A DNA stretch of 64,000 nucleotides from Candidatus Poribacteria bacterium (GTDB taxonomy: Bacteria > Poribacteria > WGA-4E > WGA-3G), in NCBI GenBank assembly GCA_965215265.1, contig OZ244048.1:960001-1024000 (forward strand). Reading direction: 5' to 3'. The notes beneath the pieces are model-generated. The model ran no database searches. It was not told the origin of the DNA and saw only the letters and a program-made list of their open reading frames with translations. Made by a program: the position numbers and the translations under genes. Positions 60,411 through 64,000 of this stretch are shown here, piece after piece (positions within the stretch are counted from its first letter, which is position 1; each line of letters begins with the position of its first letter).

Positions 60411-63400
60411 ATGGACATACTTCGTGAACTTAATAAAAAACAGAAACAGGCAGTAACCCATAAGGACGGTCCGCTGCTGGTCATCGCCGGGCCTGGGACA
60501 GGCAAAACAAAAGTCATTACACACCGAATCGCGTATCTAATTCGCCAATGTGCAGTCAAACCCGCGAATATTCTCGCCATTACGTTTACCAATAAAGCAG
60601 CACAGGAAATGCAGGAGCGAGTAAACTCAGAAATTGGTGAACCGCACGCCTCCAATGTGCAGGTTTGCACGTTCCACAGTTTTTGCGTAAGACTCCTACG
60701 CGAACATGCTTCTGAAATCAACCTCAGTGAAAACTTCACGATCTTCGACCAAGAAATACAAGATGAACTCTTAACTGAAGCCGTTCGAGAACTGAATCTC
60801 AGTGCTTACGACTACCCACCGTGGTTGCTACGGAACATCATCAGCGATGCCAAGGCAACCTTACAAGTGCCAACCGAAGTTACGAATATAGAACGAAGTT
60901 TGCAAGCCCAAATCGCTATAACAGACCGGTGGAACGGTGCCAGCCTTGATATGTCGACCCGGGTGACGGATATTAGCAGTGTAATTCAGATATATTGCGA
61001 TAAACTTGCCGTGCACAACGCACTTGATTTCGACGATCTGCTGGTGAAAACAGTTTTTCTCCTTGAGCGAGTTCCGGCTGTGCCGGAAATCTATCAGGAA
61101 GCCATCCGCTATATTCTTGTTGACGAATACCATGATGTGAACAGTGTCCAGTATAACCTGTTGGAATTGTTGTGTCCCCCACCAACCGGAAATTTGATGG
61201 TAGTTGCTGATGAAGACCAGGCAATCTATAGCTGGCGCGGTTCAAACCCACAGTATGTGGAACGTTTCAAACTAGCGTTCACGCCACAAATTGTCGAACT
61301 TGATGACCATTACCGATGCAGCGAAAAAATCTTGCGGGCAGCAGAGGAAGTCATAGCCAAGAACGCTGAGCGCGAGAATCGCCACACTCTCAAAACGCAC
61401 AAAGACACCGGACGTGACATATTCCATTACACTTTCCGGGATGCAACAGAGGAAGCACAGGGCATCATTCGGGTTATCCGCAAACTGATAACCCAGCGGA
61501 ACTACTCCTATCGCGATATTGCGGTTTTCTATAGAACACATCGACTCGCAGATGTGTTGGAGGAACAATTACGACAAGAGAAAATTGAATACCAACGCAT
61601 CCGGTCCAAGAACACATTTCAGAAAAAGGACAGCAGTGCAATCCTTTCTTACCTCAATTTTGTACAGTGGCAAATTGCCCGTGATCTGGAACTCGCAATC
61701 AATTTCCCAGAAAAACGGATTGATGACTTAACGTGGGTGCGGCTTAAGTGGCTTGCCCAGCGGAAAGAGATTGGGCTGATCCAACTCTTAGAGAACATTG
61801 AAGACTATCAGCAAGATGTCGGTCCTTTGACACGGAAGAATATCAGCCAATTCTGGTTAGATATAGGAGAACTGAGAACTTACGCACGTGCACAAGGCAG
61901 AGAAAACATCACAAAAATCGTCCGAAAACTGTTTGATATATTGGAACTTGGACGTTCACCCTATCGTAATGAGGAACTAGAACTAATTGAGAAGCAACCG
62001 GATGCCCCGCACTTGTCGATCGGACGTGATGTGCTTTATAGGGCAATTGACGGTAACGAGAAAATTCAGATTACCGCTTGTTACGGGATTGATGAGTATT
62101 GCGCAGCGCACATCATCCATCAAGCCCTAGAAACTTACCTGAATCGGACGGTTGATGTCCAATTTCTCCCAGAGGGTGGCGGTACACCGCAATCGATAGA
62201 ACACGGCGTACATATCCTGATTGGGGATTTTGCCGAATTGAATAAACCAGAAACAGCGTCACATGTTCTTCTCATTGGTACCGTCAATAGCCCTCTGCCC
62301 GAGCAATCTTCGAAAGCGGAAGCCGAGACTGCCCGGTTTGTGCAATTGAACGCAGTCTCTCAAATTAGGAGCCTGACCGCACTTAAACTATGTCAACGTC
62401 TCGTAGGCCGTTTTGAAACCCCTAATATGGCGGAGATGGTTATCTACGACTTGGAGACGACCGGCGTTAACCCGAAGAATGCGAACATCGTTGAACTTGC
62501 TGCACGGCGGCTCAGCGTCCTAGGCGATGAAGTCGAACGATTTTATCGTTTAGTGAAGCCGCCCGGAGGATATATCCCTAAGGCGAGTACCCGCATCCAC
62601 GGAATTGATGAGCACACAGTGAAAGATGCCCCAAGTATTGAGACGGTCCTCCCTGAGTTCTCTGGGTTCATCCAGGACCGGATTTTGATCGGACATAACG
62701 TGGCGGAATTTGATAATCTTATCCTTGATAGGACGCTGCAGACATACTTAAAACAGCGGCTCCAAAATCCGCATTACGATACCTTGGCCACTGCACGAAA
62801 ACTCTATCCGCGCCAACGGTGCAGCCTTGCAGCACTCGCAGAGAAATTTGGAATTGCGTGCAGCAGCTTTCATAATGCCCTACAAGATGTAGAAACCAAC
62901 CAAAAAATCTTTAAACAACTCATCGCGGTGGACTCTCAAAAACGGATGGTGAAATCTTTAACGGAATTTCTACCGTTTGTCGGGCTTGGGGCACTTTCAA
63001 AAGTGAATTTCCAAAACGATACCACCAGCAAGACGTTGACAGAAGTTGAGGCGTTTTTGAATGCAGCGAAACGTTTGGCACGAACGCACGATTCGCTAAA
63101 ACATGTCGCCGAACTGCTACCGTTGGAATCCACCGAAAAGGAACGCGTCTCTGCGTTTATCGAAGAATTGTCCAAGGAAGATGTGACATCGACGCATGAA
63201 GATACAGTCTGGCAACAGTTGCGTGCACAGTTCATGAATGCCGTCCTCCATTTTGAAAGCCAGAACGCTACACCCTTATCGCAACAAGCAGCAATAGATG
63301 AACATCGACTGATAAACTTCTTGGATTACCTAAAATTGATGACAAGCAGCGACGAAAAAGACGAGGGACGTGAGCAACTAACACTCATGACACTTCATGC

Positions 63401-63656
63401 AGCAAAAGGAACAGAGTTTCCCGTTGTCATCATCGTCGGTATGGAGGAGGGCAGTTTTCCCATGTGGAAACAGAACATGACAGCAGAGGAAATTGAGGAA
63501 GAGCGACGGCTATTCTACGTAGGCATGACGCGCGCACAACAGCAACTCTATCTTACCTCTACTGTGTATCGTTTTGATGACCGGGAACGTTTGTCGTCCA
63601 GGTTTATCCGTGAACTCCCTTCTAACTCTATTAACAAGTGGTCATCAATTATATAA
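60411..63656 (+). CDS. UvrD/PcrA superfamily I helicase with inserted DEDDh 3'-5' exonuclease domain
   Basis: IAGPGTGKT, LVDEYHD, DQAIYSWRG, TLHAAKGTEF, EERRLFYVGMTRA; inserted YDLETTG..IHGI..GHNVAEFD..HNALQD. Confidence 0.92.
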   Translation: MDILRELNKKQKQAVTHKDGPLLVIAGPGTGKTKVITHRIAYLIRQCAVKPANILAITFTNKAAQEMQERVNSEIGEPHASNVQVCTFHSFCVRLLREHASEINLSENFTIFDQEIQDELLTEAVRELNLSAYDYPPWLLRNIISDAKATLQVPTEVTNIERSLQAQIAITDRWNGASLDMSTRVTDISSVIQIYCDKLAVHNALDFDDLLVKTVFLLERVPAVPEIYQEAIRYILVDEYHDVNSVQYNLLELLCPPPTGNLMVVADEDQAIYSWRGSNPQYVERFKLAFTPQIVELDDHYRCSEKILRAAEEVIAKNAERENRHTLKTHKDTGRDIFHYTFRDATEEAQGIIRVIRKLITQRNYSYRDIAVFYRTHRLADVLEEQLRQEKIEYQRIRSKNTFQKKDSSAILSYLNFVQWQIARDLELAINFPEKRIDDLTWVRLKWLAQRKEIGLIQLLENIEDYQQDVGPLTRKNISQFWLDIGELRTYARAQGRENITKIVRKLFDILELGRSPYRNEELELIEKQPDAPHLSIGRDVLYRAIDGNEKIQITACYGIDEYCAAHIIHQALETYLNRTVDVQFLPEGGGTPQSIEHGVHILIGDFAELNKPETASHVLLIGTVNSPLPEQSSKAEAETARFVQLNAVSQIRSLTALKLCQRLVGRFETPNMAEMVIYDLETTGVNPKNANIVELAARRLSVLGDEVERFYRLVKPPGGYIPKASTRIHGIDEHTVKDAPSIETVLPEFSGFIQDRILIGHNVAEFDNLILDRTLQTYLKQRLQNPHYDTLATARKLYPRQRCSLAALAEKFGIACSSFHNALQDVETNQKIFKQLIAVDSQKRMVKSLTEFLPFVGLGALSKVNFQNDTTSKTLTEVEAFLNAAKRLARTHDSLKHVAELLPLESTEKERVSAFIEELSKEDVTSTHEDTVWQQLRAQFMNAVLHFESQNATPLSQQAAIDEHRLINFLDYLKLMTSSDEKDEGREQLTLMTLHAAKGTEFPVVIIVGMEEGSFPMWKQNMTAEEIEEERRLFYVGMTRAQQQLYLTSTVYRFDDRERLSSRFIRELPSNSINKWSSII

Positions 63657-63877
63657 TGAAGAACATTCATATTCTCATTATCTTCATCGTCTGCTGTGGG
63701 GGTTGCTAAAATTATATTCGCGAAAACGCGACATGAGTTCACAGACAATTTCATTGTCAATGCATATAAGGAAATTGCAACTACCTTCACTTTTACACAT
63801 CCGTCTTTTTTTCGAGAAAAATATAGGAAAATACGCCTTTAAACCTATACTATAACTGGGTTCTCAAGCATTTTAAA

Positions 63878-63929
63878 AAAGTTACCAAAAACAGAAAAAA
63901 GTTACCGTACGGTAACTTTTGGTAACTTT
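63878..63929. promoter_or_regulatory. Nested palindromes (AAAAGTTACCGTACGGTAACTTTT), candidate operator
   Basis: Perfect 24-bp palindrome at 63897-63920, plus outer AAAGTTACCAAAA/TTTTGGTAACTTT, just before an RBS. Confidence 0.5.
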
Positions 63930-63940
63930 ACTCGGAGGGA

Positions 63941-64000
63941 ATGACTCCTGAAATTACCAGCAAAACACAAACGATTCGCCGCTCCGATTCGTCCCTGCTT
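63941..64000 (+). CDS. Start of an unidentified CDS running off the window
   Basis: RBS GGAGGGG then MTPEITSKTQTIRRSDSSLL. Confidence 0.4.
   Translation, partial: MTPEITSKTQTIRRSDSSLL

Overview
Bacterial chromosome window. It is probably Candidatus Poribacteria or a relative, inferred from the WD40-dockerin protein ending in the PNPFNPETWIPYQL...ATRKMLIRK domain. Housekeeping and metabolic genes include proBA, obgE, nfo, leuS, rnj, leuCD, a RimK-family ligase, a form-II cox SLM cluster and a UvrD/PcrA helicase. They flank a mosaic accessory region at about 31.5-50 kb. That region holds an ECF sigma factor, one intact dynamin-like protein, shuffled pieces of a second dynamin-like gene, and seven FGE-sulfatase/C-type-lectin-fold paralogs. 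The 3' ~130 nt of these seven paralogs vary mainly at codon positions 1-2 of NNC/NNT codons, the adenine-mutagenesis signature of diversity-generating retroelement (DGR) targets. Each is followed by a conserved tail, with an intact hairpin in three copies. I found no reverse transcriptase or template repeat in the window. Other highlights: a UGA-interrupted homolog of animal selenoprotein N with a candidate SECIS hairpin; a Swt1-HEPN/DUF499 ATPase at the left edge that the ORF track missed; three tandem consensus sigma70 promoters ahead of a WD40 protein with hypervariable repeats; and a helicase carrying inserted DHH-like and DEDDh nuclease domains. All family calls come from motifs recognised by eye, with no database searches.
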